A DNA stretch of 64,000 bases from an uncultured delta proteobacterium (GTDB taxonomy: Bacteria; Myxococcota_A; Polyangia; Palsa-1104), in NCBI GenBank assembly GCA_963785725.1, contig CAWAWS010000004.1:32001-96000 (forward strand), in the 5' to 3' direction. Under the pieces are notes generated by a model. That model was not told the DNA's origin. It saw nothing but the letters and a program-made list of their open reading frames with translations, and ran no database searches. The position numbers and the translations under genes were made by a program. Shown in pieces: positions 1 to 9,321 of the stretch (position 1 is its first letter; each line of letters begins with the position of its first letter).

Positions 1-312
1 GCGCTCGCCGAGAAAATCGCACAGGCCGATGTCGAGATCTTTGACCGACACGCCCATCGCTTCGACGCCGGCCAGCTCCTCGGTCAACGTCTCGAGCAGC
101 ACGCGAAAGCGGCCGCGCAGCTTGCGCAGGTCGTCGGGGCCGTCGCTGCGCTCGAGCGACTCGGCGGTGGGCGGCTCGCCGGCGCGCTCGAGCGCTTCGT
201 AAGCCGTGCGCAGCTGCGCACGCAGCTGCATGACCGTGCCGAAGCGGATCTCGAGCGCCGGCACGAGCGCATTGGCCTCGGCGACGGTGAAATAGTGTTT
301 GTCGACGCTCAT
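1..312 (-). CDS. DUF2203-family protein (3' end beyond window)
   Basis: Manual translation MSVDKHYFTVAEANALVPAL...GVSVKDLDIGLCDF matches the DUF2203 FTxxEANAL and KDLDxGLxDF motifs; not in the ORF track. Confidence 0.75.
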   Translation of the reverse strand, partial: MSVDKHYFTVAEANALVPALEIRFGTVMQLRAQLRTAYEALERAGEPPTAESLERSDGPDDLRKLRGRFRVLLETLTEELAGVEAMGVSVKDLDIGLCDFLGER

Positions 313-370
313 GCCGCGATCGTTAGCACAGATTCCGCCGGCAAACACCCGCAACAGCGGCCTCACGGTG

Positions 371-868
371 TTACGGGTCGGGGTCCGTCGCTTCGATGTG
401 CTGCAGCTCCTCTTGTTCCTGACGCAGCTCGTCCTGCAGCTCGCGCATGCGGGTGTGCGCTTCGCTGAGCTGGATCGGGTCGGGCTCCTCGCCGTTGACC
501 GCGCGATCGATGATCGCCTGATGCCGCTCCATCTCCGACAGCGTGCGCTTCTGCTTGGCGGCGTAAGTGGCGCGCCACTCTCGTCGCGTCTTGCCTTGAA
601 TGACCTGGTCCATCGGATCGACCGGCAGCTTCACCGTCGGCGGCGGCGCAGTCGGCGGCGGCGGCGATGGTGGCGGCGCGGCGACCGGCCGCGGCGACGG
701 CGCGACCGGAGGCGGCGTCGGCGCGAGCGGCTGCGCGATCTCGACGGGGCGCGGGTTGTCGGCGGGTGGCGGCGGCGGCGTCTTCGCTGCGTGTAGATCG
801 ACGAAAATGAAGATGACGAGGCCGATCGTGACGACGGCGAGCGCGGCGGCGAGCAGGAACGCGCGCAT
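371..868 (-). CDS. Hypothetical membrane-anchored Pro-rich/coiled-coil protein
   Basis: MRAFLLAAALAVVTIGLVIFIF TM segment, Pro linker, Gln/Glu-rich helix; ATG overlaps the upstream TGA. Confidence 0.65.
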   Translation of the reverse strand: MRAFLLAAALAVVTIGLVIFIFVDLHAAKTPPPPPADNPRPVEIAQPLAPTPPPVAPSPRPVAAPPPSPPPPTAPPPTVKLPVDPMDQVIQGKTRREWRATYAAKQKRTLSEMERHQAIIDRAVNGEEPDPIQLSEAHTRMRELQDELRQEQEELQHIEATDPDP

Positions 869-1974
869 CAGACCTGGCGCAGCTTGGCGGCGACGGCGCG
901 GGCGCGGCCGTCGCGCAGCGCGGCCAGCGCGGCTTCGGCGGCGGCGAGCGGCGCGACGCCGCGCGCGACGTGCAGCCACAGCGCGGCCGCCGCGGCGGCA
1001 CGCAGCGACGGGCCGGGCGCGCCATCGAGCGCGGCCTGGTTGGCGGCGACGGCGCGCGCGTCGGCGGCTGCGCGTTCGGCGAGCGCGCGCTCGGCCGCGT
1101 CGTCGCCGTCGTCGTCGGGCTCGGCGGCCGATTTCGCGCCGCCGGCGACCGGCTCGGCTGCGGTCGGCTGCGCGCGCGGCGCCGGCGCATCGGCGGGATC
1201 TTCGGCGAGCGCGCGCAGATCGATCGTCTCGGGCGCGCCGCCCGGACGGCACACGCGGACGATCTTGCCCGGCGACGCTTCCGGCAGCCCACCCAGCGCT
1301 TGCACGCACAACGACGCGCCCGGCCGCTCCGCCAGCGCCGCCGCCGTCGACGGCAAATAGGGCGCGTGGAAGACGCCGACGACGCGCGCGTCGGCCGACA
1401 GCGGATCGAGCAGCTTCATGAGCGTTTGCGCCACGGTGCGCACGCCGAACAGCGGGCGCAGGGCGACGAGGCGCGCCAACGACGGGCAATAGCGCGGCAG
1501 ATCGAGCGCGGCCACGCCCACCGTCGACAAGGCGCGGGCGGCGCGCGGCGCGTCGAGCGGCGACTGCAGGTCGAGGCCGAGGGCGGCGAGCGCGGCGACG
1601 AGGCCGTGGCGTCCGGTCGGCAGCTCGGCCTGCAGGCGCAAGAGCACGGGCACGCCGAGCGCGGCCAGCGCGCAGGCGGCGGCGGGCAGGAGCGTGGCGC
1701 GGCCGGCGTGGCCGTCGCCGTGGCAGTCGACGTCGAGCGTGCCGGCGGGCGCGCGCGCGTCGCCGACGTCGCTGCGCGCGGTCAACGCGGCGACGAAGCC
1801 GGCCAGCTCGTCGCCGGCCTCGCCTTTCATGCGCAGCGCCAACAGAAAAGCGCCCACTTGCTCGGGGCGCGCCTCACCGTCGGCCAAGAGACCCATGGCG
1901 ACGCGCGCTTCCTCACGGGTCAGATCGCGCGCGCGCTTGGCGCCACTGCCGACGGCCTTGATGAACCGATGCAC
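868..1974 (-). CDS. Glycosyl transferase family 3 / anthranilate phosphoribosyltransferase-like (YbiB-like) protein
   Basis: FIKAVGSG..RARDLTREEA..QVGAFLLALRMKGE, LRPLFGVRT, GVFHAPY; GTG start estimated. Confidence 0.75.
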   Translation of the reverse strand: MHRFIKAVGSGAKRARDLTREEARVAMGLLADGEARPEQVGAFLLALRMKGEAGDELAGFVAALTARSDVGDARAPAGTLDVDCHGDGHAGRATLLPAAACALAALGVPVLLRLQAELPTGRHGLVAALAALGLDLQSPLDAPRAARALSTVGVAALDLPRYCPSLARLVALRPLFGVRTVAQTLMKLLDPLSADARVVGVFHAPYLPSTAAALAERPGASLCVQALGGLPEASPGKIVRVCRPGGAPETIDLRALAEDPADAPAPRAQPTAAEPVAGGAKSAAEPDDDGDDAAERALAERAAADARAVAANQAALDGAPGPSLRAAAAAALWLHVARGVAPLAAAEAALAALRDGRARAVAAKLRQV

Positions 1975-1993
1975 GGCCCCTACGATGCCGTGC

Positions 1994-2701
1994 ATGAAGC
2001 TCGACGGCAAGACGGCGCTGGTGACGGGTGGCGCGCGGCGAGTGGGGCGGGCGATCGTCGAGGAGCTGGCGCGCGCCGGCTGTCGGATGGCGATCCACCA
2101 CGCCAACAGCGACGGCGAGGCGGCGGCGTTGGCGGCGACTTTGCCGGGCGCGCTGGTCGTCAAGGCCGATCTGCGCCAGGCGGGCGCGGCGCGGACGGTC
2201 GTCGACGCGGTGGTGGCGGCGACGGGGCGGCTCGACGTGCTCGTCAACAGCGCGGCCGACTATGCGCGCACGCCGCTGGCGACGACCGAGGACGGCGTGC
2301 TGACGGCGTTCATGGCGTTGAACGTCGGGGCGCCGCTGTCGCTGATGCGCGAGGCGGCGCGCGTCGGGGTCGGCAGCGTCGTCAACATCGTCGATATCGC
2401 GGCCTGGCAGCCCTGGCCGGCGTGGAGCGTCTATTCGGCGACGAAGGCGGCGCTGTTGCAGCTGTCGCGCTGCTTGGCGCTGGAGCTGGCGCCGCAGACG
2501 CGCGTCAACTGCGTCGCGCCCGGCACCGTCATCTTTCCCGCCGACTGGGACGACGCGCGCCGGCAGGCGCAGCTCGCCAAGATCCCGCTGGCGCGCTCGG
2601 GCACGCCCGCCGACGTGGGCCGCATGGTCCGCTTCTTGTGCGAGGAGGATTACCTGACGGGCGTGTGCCTGCCCGTCGACGGTGGCGCCGGGCTGCGTTA
2701 G
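1994..2701 (+). CDS. SDR oxidoreductase, pteridine reductase-like
   Basis: TGGARRVG, VNIVD, YSATK, VNCVAPG, VDGG. Confidence 0.85.
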   Translation: MKLDGKTALVTGGARRVGRAIVEELARAGCRMAIHHANSDGEAAALAATLPGALVVKADLRQAGAARTVVDAVVAATGRLDVLVNSAADYARTPLATTEDGVLTAFMALNVGAPLSLMREAARVGVGSVVNIVDIAAWQPWPAWSVYSATKAALLQLSRCLALELAPQTRVNCVAPGTVIFPADWDDARRQAQLAKIPLARSGTPADVGRMVRFLCEEDYLTGVCLPVDGGAGLR

Positions 2702-2711
2702 TCGGCTTGCG

Positions 2712-3287
2712 TCAGTCGAGGTCGGCGGCGAGCGACGCGCGCGAATCCTCGCTCAGCCGCGCCTCGTGCCGATAGTTGCCGTGGTCGATCGCGATCGCCA
2801 CCGCCGAGCCCGGCGTGCGCAGCGCCTTCTGCGCCGCCGCCGACAACGTGAACCGCAGGTACTGCACGGCCGCCAGCTTATCGACCGCGAACTGCTCGGC
2901 GTCGAACTCGGCGCGGATCCGCTCGCCGCCGACGACGAGCCACACGTGATCCTGCAGCCCGATCAGCCGGTTGAGCGTGCGCTCGACCTCGGCTTCATCG
3001 GTGATCTCGACGAACAGCGTCGCCGCCAGCTGCCCGTCGTCGGGCAAGACCGCGTTGTAGACGTCGATCTCTTCCTGAATCTTGTCATTCTCGACGAGCC
3101 CTTCGGCGCGACACATCTCCTCGACCTGCGCGATCATCGTCGCGCGGTTCTCGAAGACCATCGACACCGAGGGACCGACTGACACGCGCCGCAGCCGCTT
3201 GACCGCGATGACATGCTTGCGCACGTCGTCGCGAATGGCCTCGTACAGCTTGGGCCCACGAATATCGGCGCGTGTCAGCTTCTTCAT
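2712..3287 (-). CDS. DUF3501-family protein
   Basis: RRVSVGP..FENR.T..QVEEM, ATLFVE, AVQYLRF; follows rubrerythrin. Confidence 0.85.
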   Translation of the reverse strand: MKKLTRADIRGPKLYEAIRDDVRKHVIAVKRLRRVSVGPSVSMVFENRATMIAQVEEMCRAEGLVENDKIQEEIDVYNAVLPDDGQLAATLFVEITDEAEVERTLNRLIGLQDHVWLVVGGERIRAEFDAEQFAVDKLAAVQYLRFTLSAAAQKALRTPGSAVAIAIDHGNYRHEARLSEDSRASLAADLD

Positions 3288-3289
3288 GG

Positions 3290-3718
3290 CTACTTCTGCA
3301 GCGTGTCCAGGCCCTTTTGGAAGCGGCCGGCGTGCGACTTCTCGGCGCGAGCGAGCGTCTCGAACCACTCGGCGACCTCTTCGAAGCCTTCGTCGCGCGC
3401 GGTCTTGGCGAAGCCCGGGTACATTTTCGTGTACTCGTACGTCTCGCCGGCGATGGACGCGCGCAGGTTCTTCTCGCTGTTGCCGATCGGCTCGCCCGTC
3501 GCCGGATCGCCGACTTCCTTCAGGAAATCGAGGTGGCCGTGCGCGTGGCCCGTCTCGCCTTCGGCGGTGTCGCGGAAGAGGCCGGCGATGTCCGGCTGAC
3601 CCTCGACGTCGGCCGTCTTCGCGAAATAGAGGTAGCGACGGTTCGCCTGCGACTCGCCGGCGAACGCCTCCTTCAGGTTCTCGTGCGTCTTGGTGCCCTT
3701 CAAAGCCGTCTTCGACAT
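3290..3718 (-). CDS. Rubrerythrin (short form, no rubredoxin domain)
   Basis: [40 protein letters not shown]. Confidence 0.95.
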   Translation of the reverse strand: MSKTALKGTKTHENLKEAFAGESQANRRYLYFAKTADVEGQPDIAGLFRDTAEGETGHAHGHLDFLKEVGDPATGEPIGNSEKNLRASIAGETYEYTKMYPGFAKTARDEGFEEVAEWFETLARAEKSHAGRFQKGLDTLQK

Positions 3719-3908
3719 GGCGCTCTCCTTCGGCAAATCCGATATGGGGAGGCGAACGTAGCACGCCCGTTTTAGTCGGTGCAACGCGGACTCGGCGGAC
3801 GCGCGAGGATTCGCCGCAGCCACTGGCCACAACGGTGCCGCAGCGGTTGAAGATGGGTAAATCGACGGCCTCGGGCAAGTCCCCGGCGCGATCGGCCGTA
3901 CAACGCGC

Positions 3909-4400
3909 ATGCTCGCCGGCCCCTTCGCCGCTCGCTTTTCCGCTCGGCGCCTGGCGCTGGGCTGCGTCGTGCTCACCGTCGTGGCCGGCGCCGGCGTCGC
4001 CCGCGCCGACGTGAGCGCGCCCGAGGTCGTCGCGTCGTCGTTTCCGCTCGGGACGCGCTGCGCCCAAGCGCTCGTCCGCGCGCAACGGCGCGTCGGGCGC
4101 GACTTCACCGGCGACCCGTCGCTGACGCTGACCGCGGCCGGCGCCGGCGCGGAGCTGCACGTCAGCGACATGTGCGGCGTGGCCGGCGACGCCACGCTCA
4201 CGCTCGCGCGCGACCCGCGTCCCGACCGCGCCTGGCTGCGCCTTCACCGCAGCGACGAGCCCGGCAATGCGCACACGCACCTCACGCGCCGTCACGCCGG
4301 CTGGCGCGCGGTCATCGACGTCGTCGTCGAAGGGCTGGCGCCGGGCGACTTCGAGCGCGCCTTCCGCGCCGCGGTCGACGTCTGCCTGGCCGCGCGTTGA
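3909..4400 (+). CDS. Hypothetical exported protein
   Basis: Signal-peptide-like LALGCVVLTVVAGAGVARA; fills the gap between genes. Confidence 0.5.
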   Translation: MLAGPFAARFSARRLALGCVVLTVVAGAGVARADVSAPEVVASSFPLGTRCAQALVRAQRRVGRDFTGDPSLTLTAAGAGAELHVSDMCGVAGDATLTLARDPRPDRAWLRLHRSDEPGNAHTHLTRRHAGWRAVIDVVVEGLAPGDFERAFRAAVDVCLAAR

Positions 4401-4551
4401 CCGGTGTCAGTGCGCACACGACGCACGGTGGGTGGGGCTCGAGGTCTCGGTCGTGTACGCCGTTTGTACAGTCGGGTCACGGTAGCTGCCTTTGCGATCG
4501 CGCGCTTGGCTGCTCGATGTGACAGGTACGGATCTTGATCTACAGCCGCGC

Positions 4552-4692
4552 ATGAAGCCTTGGCAGCTTGTCCTAATCCTGCTCACGTGGCCGGTGTCGT
4601 TGTGGCAGACGTTGCAAGCGCGCCGTCGCTTGCGTGCCGGGCTCCTCTTGGAGCGCGGAGAGCGTCGCCTGACGTTGCGGCGCGTGGCCTGA
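4552..4692 (+). CDS. Possible small membrane protein (46 aa)
   Basis: MKPWQLVLILLTWPVSLWQ followed by a basic tail, upstream of the receiver gene. Confidence 0.3.
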   Translation: MKPWQLVLILLTWPVSLWQTLQARRRLRAGLLLERGERRLTLRRVA

Positions 4693-4722
4693 CGCTTGCT
4701 CCGTGACGGGCCGAGGCCTGTC

Positions 4723-5142
4723 ATGGAGATCACTTCACCCAAAGCGTACAAGGCGCCCGCGCACGGTGTCCCGCGCGTGCTCATCGTCGACGACGAGCTC
4801 GATCACGCGGAGATCTGCGCGGCTTTACTGCGCCGGCGCGGCTACCAAGTGGTGGTCGCCATCACCGGCGCCGACGCCTTCGAGCTCGCGCAGTCGCTGC
4901 AGCCCGACCTCATCCTGCTCGATCTACATATGCCGGTGGTCGACGGCTTTTCCACCGCAGCGAACCTGCATGACCATCCCGATACCCGCCATGTTCCCAT
5001 CGTGTTTCTCTCGGCGTGCGCCGAAGATCACGCCGACCGCTTGCAGCCGCTCGGCGTGCTCGAGTGTCTGCGCAAGCCGTTTCGCGCGGCGCAGCTCATC
5101 GACTGCGTCGAGCGTTCGCTCGAGCGGCGGACGCACGCCTAA
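4723..5142 (+). CDS. Single-domain response regulator
   Basis: VLIVDDE, PDLILLDLHMP..DG, IVFLSA, KPF. Confidence 0.9.
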   Translation: MEITSPKAYKAPAHGVPRVLIVDDELDHAEICAALLRRRGYQVVVAITGADAFELAQSLQPDLILLDLHMPVVDGFSTAANLHDHPDTRHVPIVFLSACAEDHADRLQPLGVLECLRKPFRAAQLIDCVERSLERRTHA

Positions 5143-5145
5143 GCG

Positions 5146-7176
5146 ATGGCGCGACTGCAGCTCGATTACGCACGCAGCCTCTTGCGCGCAGCCCCGGCGG
5201 CCGATTTGGCGCGCGTCGTGTTCAAGAAGGTGCAGGCGCGGCTGCGTCCGCCGCCGCCCGCGCCGCCGCTCGTCGCAGGCGACATCGCCGCCGCCGCCGA
5301 TGCGCTCGGGCGCGCGCCCCATCTGTTCACCGACGCGCCGCTCGCCGACGCCTATCGCGCGCATTTTCCCGACGGAGTCGCGCGTTTCGCAGCGCGCGCC
5401 GAGCGCATCTTGGCGCACGACATCGACCTCTTCGGCACGCCGCGCCGCCTCGGCCCGACGATCGACTGGCGCGTCGATCCGCTCGGCGGCAAGCGCATCG
5501 ACGGCGACGGCCTCTTTCCCGACGGCGTCGACCCGAAGGGCGCGTGGGAGCTCGGGCGCGCCGCGCATCTCGTCGAGCTGGCCGCGGCCTCGCGGCTGAT
5601 TCCGTCGCTGCGCGCGGCGGCGCGCGCCGAAATCGTGGCCCAGCTCGACTCGTTTTGGGCCGCCAATCCCGTCGCCAGCGGCTTGCACTACGCGTCGCCG
5701 CTGGAAGTGGCGCTGCGCGCGGTGCATTGGCTCGCGTGCGTCGAGCTCGTCGGTGGCGCGGGCGCGCTGCCGCGGCCGTTCGTCGAGCGGCTGGCCACGC
5801 GTCTGCTCGGCGACGGCCATTTCTTGGCGACACATTTGGAGGATCGCGGCGTCGTTCCCGCCAATCACCTGCTCGGCGATTACGTCGGCTTGTGGGCGAT
5901 CGGCCTGGCGCTCGACGGCGCACCGGGCGCGCGTGGCTGGCGCGCGCAGGCGGCGCGCGGCCTCGTCGTGCAAGCGGCGCGGCAAGTCGGCGCCGACGGC
6001 GCGCACTTCGAAGCCTCGACGTCCTATCATCGCTTCGCGCTCGAGCTGGTCTTGGTCGCGCAGGCCTACGCGCGCGCCGCCGAAGGTGCCGAGCTCGTCG
6101 CCGCGCAGCTGGGCGAGACGCTGCACCACATGCTGACGTTCGTCGCCGGCTACGTCGGCCCCGACGGCTGCGAGCCGGCGTTCGGCGACAGCGACGACGC
6201 GCGCCTCTGTCCCATCGTGCCGCGTCCGCCGCGCGAGCACGCCTATCTCTTGTCCGTCGGCGCCGCGCTCTTCGGCGATCCGTCGCTGAAGCTGCCGTCG
6301 GTGAAGCTGGCGGAAGAGGCGCTGTGGCTGTGCGGACCGGAGGCGGCGGCGACGTGGGATTGGCTGCCGGCGACGCCACCGCCGCGCGCCGCCTCGTTTC
6401 CGTCGGGCGGCGTGCACGTCTTGCGCAGTGACCACTGGCAAGTGGAGCTGCGCTCCGGCTCGTACGGTCAGCGCGGCGTCGGCGGGCACGCGCACAACGA
6501 TCAGCTCTCGTTCGTCGCCTGGCTCGACGGCCGGCCGCTCGTCGTCGACACCGGCACCGCGCGTTATGCCGCCGACATGGTGGCGCGCGATCGGTTTCGC
6601 GGCACGGCGGCGCACTCGACGATCGTCGTCGCCGGCGCCGAGCAGTCGACCATTCGCGACGGCCGTCCGTTCGCGCTCCTCGACGAAGCCCAGGCGCCGC
6701 CGGTGCAGCTCGAGGACCACGGCGACGTGGCCGAGCTCGTCGCCGCGCATGACGGCTATCGCCGGCTGCCCAATCGCCTGCGTCATCAGCGGCGCGTCAT
6801 TTTGCGGCGCTCGCTCGAGTGTCTGCTGATCGAAGATCACCTCGACGGGCGCGGCTCGGCGGGGGTCGAGTCGCGCTTTCACCTCGCTCAGCCGGCGCGG
6901 CGCATGACGCTCGCAGAGGCCGCGCCGCTCTTGGCCAAGCTGATCCCGATGTTCGGACCGATCGACGCGGCGCAAGTGGTGGCCATCGGCGATCCGATTT
7001 CGGCTATCTTGGTCGGGACAACTCCCGACAGTGGCCGACTTCAGTTGGAAACAGGAGCATTTTCAGCGCAATACGGACGTGTGGAGCCAATCCCGCTTGT
7101 CACGTTTCGCGCGCTGCTTACGTTCCCGACGGTATTGACCACCATCTTCATTCGTGCGGGAGAAATTCAGGGGTGA
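5146..7176 (+). CDS. Heparinase II/III-family polysaccharide lyase-like protein
   Basis: WELGR, NHLLGD, DGAHFEASTSYH, GHAHNDQLSF, VDTGT..Y, FRGTAAHST. Confidence 0.85.
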   Translation: MARLQLDYARSLLRAAPAADLARVVFKKVQARLRPPPPAPPLVAGDIAAAADALGRAPHLFTDAPLADAYRAHFPDGVARFAARAERILAHDIDLFGTPRRLGPTIDWRVDPLGGKRIDGDGLFPDGVDPKGAWELGRAAHLVELAAASRLIPSLRAAARAEIVAQLDSFWAANPVASGLHYASPLEVALRAVHWLACVELVGGAGALPRPFVERLATRLLGDGHFLATHLEDRGVVPANHLLGDYVGLWAIGLALDGAPGARGWRAQAARGLVVQAARQVGADGAHFEASTSYHRFALELVLVAQAYARAAEGAELVAAQLGETLHHMLTFVAGYVGPDGCEPAFGDSDDARLCPIVPRPPREHAYLLSVGAALFGDPSLKLPSVKLAEEALWLCGPEAAATWDWLPATPPPRAASFPSGGVHVLRSDHWQVELRSGSYGQRGVGGHAHNDQLSFVAWLDGRPLVVDTGTARYAADMVARDRFRGTAAHSTIVVAGAEQSTIRDGRPFALLDEAQAPPVQLEDHGDVAELVAAHDGYRRLPNRLRHQRRVILRRSLECLLIEDHLDGRGSAGVESRFHLAQPARRMTLAEAAPLLAKLIPMFGPIDAAQVVAIGDPISAILVGTTPDSGRLQLETGAFSAQYGRVEPIPLVTFRALLTFPTVLTTIFIRAGEIQG

Positions 7177-7766
7177 TGGACAGCGTGACGACTACGTTTC
7201 TCGAGATCAAGGACGCGCTGGGCGACTCCGCTGACGCCTCCATCGAGCCACTGCTGGGCGAGCTGTGGACCTACGCCACGAACGACACGCCGGTCGCCGA
7301 CGTGCAGCTCACGAGCGTCGAGGACATCGCGGTCGCCTTCATCGAGAGCCTGCAGCCGCCGTCGCTGGCGGTGGACAAGGTGCTGCGCGCGGGCCGGGCG
7401 CTCATCGAGGTCGCCGAAGGCACCGAGCGGCTCGACGCCGCCGGGGTCAAGCGCCTGCGCCAGCTCGTCGATCACGCGGCCGTCGAGGTCCTGCGCGCGA
7501 CGGAGGCGGGCCACACCGGCCGCCGCAACGCGTGGCTGTCCTTCTATGCGCACGAGCTGAAGAACCCGCTCAACACCATGCTCAACGCGCTGTGGCTGAT
7601 TCGCGAGCGCGGCTCCGATGCGCCGCAAGCCGCGCGCTTCTTGGAGCTGGCCGAGCGCGCGGTCAAGAAGCTGGAAGAGCGCATCAAGGACCTAAAGGGC
7701 CTCGACCAAGCGCTGGCCGCCCTCCCGCCCGGCTGGGAAGGCCGCCTAACCCCGAAACGCCGTTAA
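7176..7766 (+). CDS. HisKA-only protein (no ATPase domain)
   Basis: AHELKNPL H-box near the C-terminus; TGATG coupling to the upstream gene. Confidence 0.75.
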   Translation: MDSVTTTFLEIKDALGDSADASIEPLLGELWTYATNDTPVADVQLTSVEDIAVAFIESLQPPSLAVDKVLRAGRALIEVAEGTERLDAAGVKRLRQLVDHAAVEVLRATEAGHTGRRNAWLSFYAHELKNPLNTMLNALWLIRERGSDAPQAARFLELAERAVKKLEERIKDLKGLDQALAALPPGWEGRLTPKRR

Positions 7767-7829
7767 TCTCCGGCGCCTCCGCCTCCGGCTTCATCCGACG
7801 CTGCCTCCGGCTCTGCAAGCCTGAGCGGA

Positions 7830-7903
7830 GGCATTCTGATTGCGCGCGAGTTGTCTCCCGCAGCCCGTAGGGCGAGGACCTTTGAGCGCGCAATCAGAAT
7901 GCC
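7830..7903. repeat. REP/MITE-like inverted-repeat element
   Basis: Perfect 18-bp IR GGCATTCTGATTGCGCGC (7830-7847 / 7886-7903) around an inner hairpin GCCCGTAGGGC. Confidence 0.75.
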
Positions 7904-8247
7904 GGAGCGTTGCCGAAGGTGCCCCAGCCGCCGACGCGGCCGCCGAAGGGGCCGCTCAGCGTCGCGAGCTCGTGCTCGGCCGCTTTCAACGCCTCGTACG
8001 TGAGCATGAACTCGAGGCGCGTGCAGTAGCAGCACCAGCGCGACTCGTCGTCGTCGTCGGGACGCGCGTCGCAGGCGTAACCGACCGCGTCGGCGGCGCG
8101 CGCGACGGCTTCGGCGGCCGCTTCGTCGGGCACGCGGACGATGAAGTCGACGTCCATCGGCTTGGTCAGATCGGCGCGCTCGGCCACTTGCCGAAGCGCC
8201 TTGCCGTCGGCGTCGTCGGGAAAATCGACCATCGGCGGCGCCGTCAT
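7894..8247 (-). CDS. RraB (RNase E inhibitor)-domain protein
   Basis: DDADGKALRQ..DLTKPMDVDF..GGRVGGWGT. Confidence 0.7.
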   Translation of the reverse strand: MTAPPMVDFPDDADGKALRQVAERADLTKPMDVDFIVRVPDEAAAEAVARAADAVGYACDARPDDDDESRWCCYCTRLEFMLTYEALKAAEHELATLSGPFGGRVGGWGTFGNAPAF

Positions 8248-8340
8248 CTTCTCGGCCCAATAGGCGCTCGCATGCCGCCGCCTCCGTCGCCGCTCGAGCT
8301 GCTTGCGTAAACGCGCTTTCACGGTCGCATCGTACCGCGT

Positions 8341-8643
8341 TCAGTTCATCAGCGCCGCTTCTTCGGGCCGACCGAGCGCGCGCAAGACGGCCACGACCAC
8401 GACGTCGAAGGGCGTGTCGGCGTCGACGCGCAAGAGCCGGCCGTAGGCGTCGAGCGGCGCCAGCGCGGCTGCATCCTCGTCGCAGCGCACGAGCGTCAGG
8501 TCGGCGTCGAGCGCGCCGAGCAGCGCCGCGGCGTCGATGGCCGCGGCGACGCCGAGCGCGCGCACGCCGAGACGCCGCAGCGCCTCGACGAGCTGTGTGC
8601 GCGCCGGCTCGTCGCCGTCGACCACGAGGACGATGTCGTCCAC
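8341..8643 (-). CDS. Degenerate receiver-like protein
   Basis: IVLVVDGDEPAR..LRRLG start; the phosphoacceptor Asp and KP motif are not evident. Confidence 0.55.
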   Translation of the reverse strand: MDDIVLVVDGDEPARTQLVEALRRLGVRALGVAAAIDAAALLGALDADLTLVRCDEDAAALAPLDAYGRLLRVDADTPFDVVVVAVLRALGRPEEAALMN

Positions 8644-8646
8644 CTG

Positions 8647-9321
8647 CTATTCCGACAGCAGCCAATCCAGCGACGGGACCACGAGTCGCCGCTTGATGAC
8701 CTTGACGAGCCCTTTTTGCTGCAGCACGCCGATCGCCCGCGTCACCTTCTCGCGGCTGGCGCCGGCCAGATCGGCGAGCGTCCGGTGCGTCAGATCGAGC
8801 GCGACCTCGATGCCCTCTTCGCGCGGCTGACCCCAACGCTCGGCCAAGAGCAAGAGCACCGACTTCAGGCGCGCCTCGGTCGTGTAGCGCGAGAGCATGC
8901 GCACGAGGCGCCACGCGTCTTCTATCCTACGCGCCATCTGCTGCATGAGCCCGCGCTGCAGCTGCGGATGCTCGGCCAGCAGCTTCTCCCAATCCTCGCG
9001 CGGAATGACCAAGATCTTCGACGGCAACAGCGTCGTACAGGTGGCGGTCACTTGGTTGCCGTGGAACTGCTCGAGCTCGCCGAAGAGATCGCCCGGGCCG
9101 TGCAGCGCCAGGATGACCTCTTTGCCTTCGGGCGTAATTTGCGACTCTTTGACGCCGCCTTCACGGATGAGATAGACCGAGCGCGCCGGCTCGTTGGCGC
9201 GCACGATGGTGGCGCCGCGGCTCAGGCTCTGCTCGGCGGCGCCGGCGAGGCTGAACATCGCCGGCTCGTCGAGCTCGGCAAACAGAGGCATTCCGCGGAG
9301 AGTCTCGATGTCGACGGTCAT
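8647..9321 (-). CDS. Crp/Fnr-family transcriptional regulator
   Basis: PLFAEL, GPGDLFGE, LTHRTLADLAGASREKVTR HTH. Confidence 0.92.
   Translation of the reverse strand: MTVDIETLRGMPLFAELDEPAMFSLAGAAEQSLSRGATIVRANEPARSVYLIREGGVKESQITPEGKEVILALHGPGDLFGELEQFHGNQVTATCTTLLPSKILVIPREDWEKLLAEHPQLQRGLMQQMARRIEDAWRLVRMLSRYTTEARLKSVLLLLAERWGQPREEGIEVALDLTHRTLADLAGASREKVTRAIGVLQQKGLVKVIKRRLVVPSLDWLLSE

Noticed and set aside
2712..4295. Long N-terminal extensions of ORF-track calls (also 8647-10449, 9318-12188, 61491-63407)
   Set aside because: They overlap better-supported genes and consist of Arg/Ala-rich shadow sequence typical of high-GC DNA
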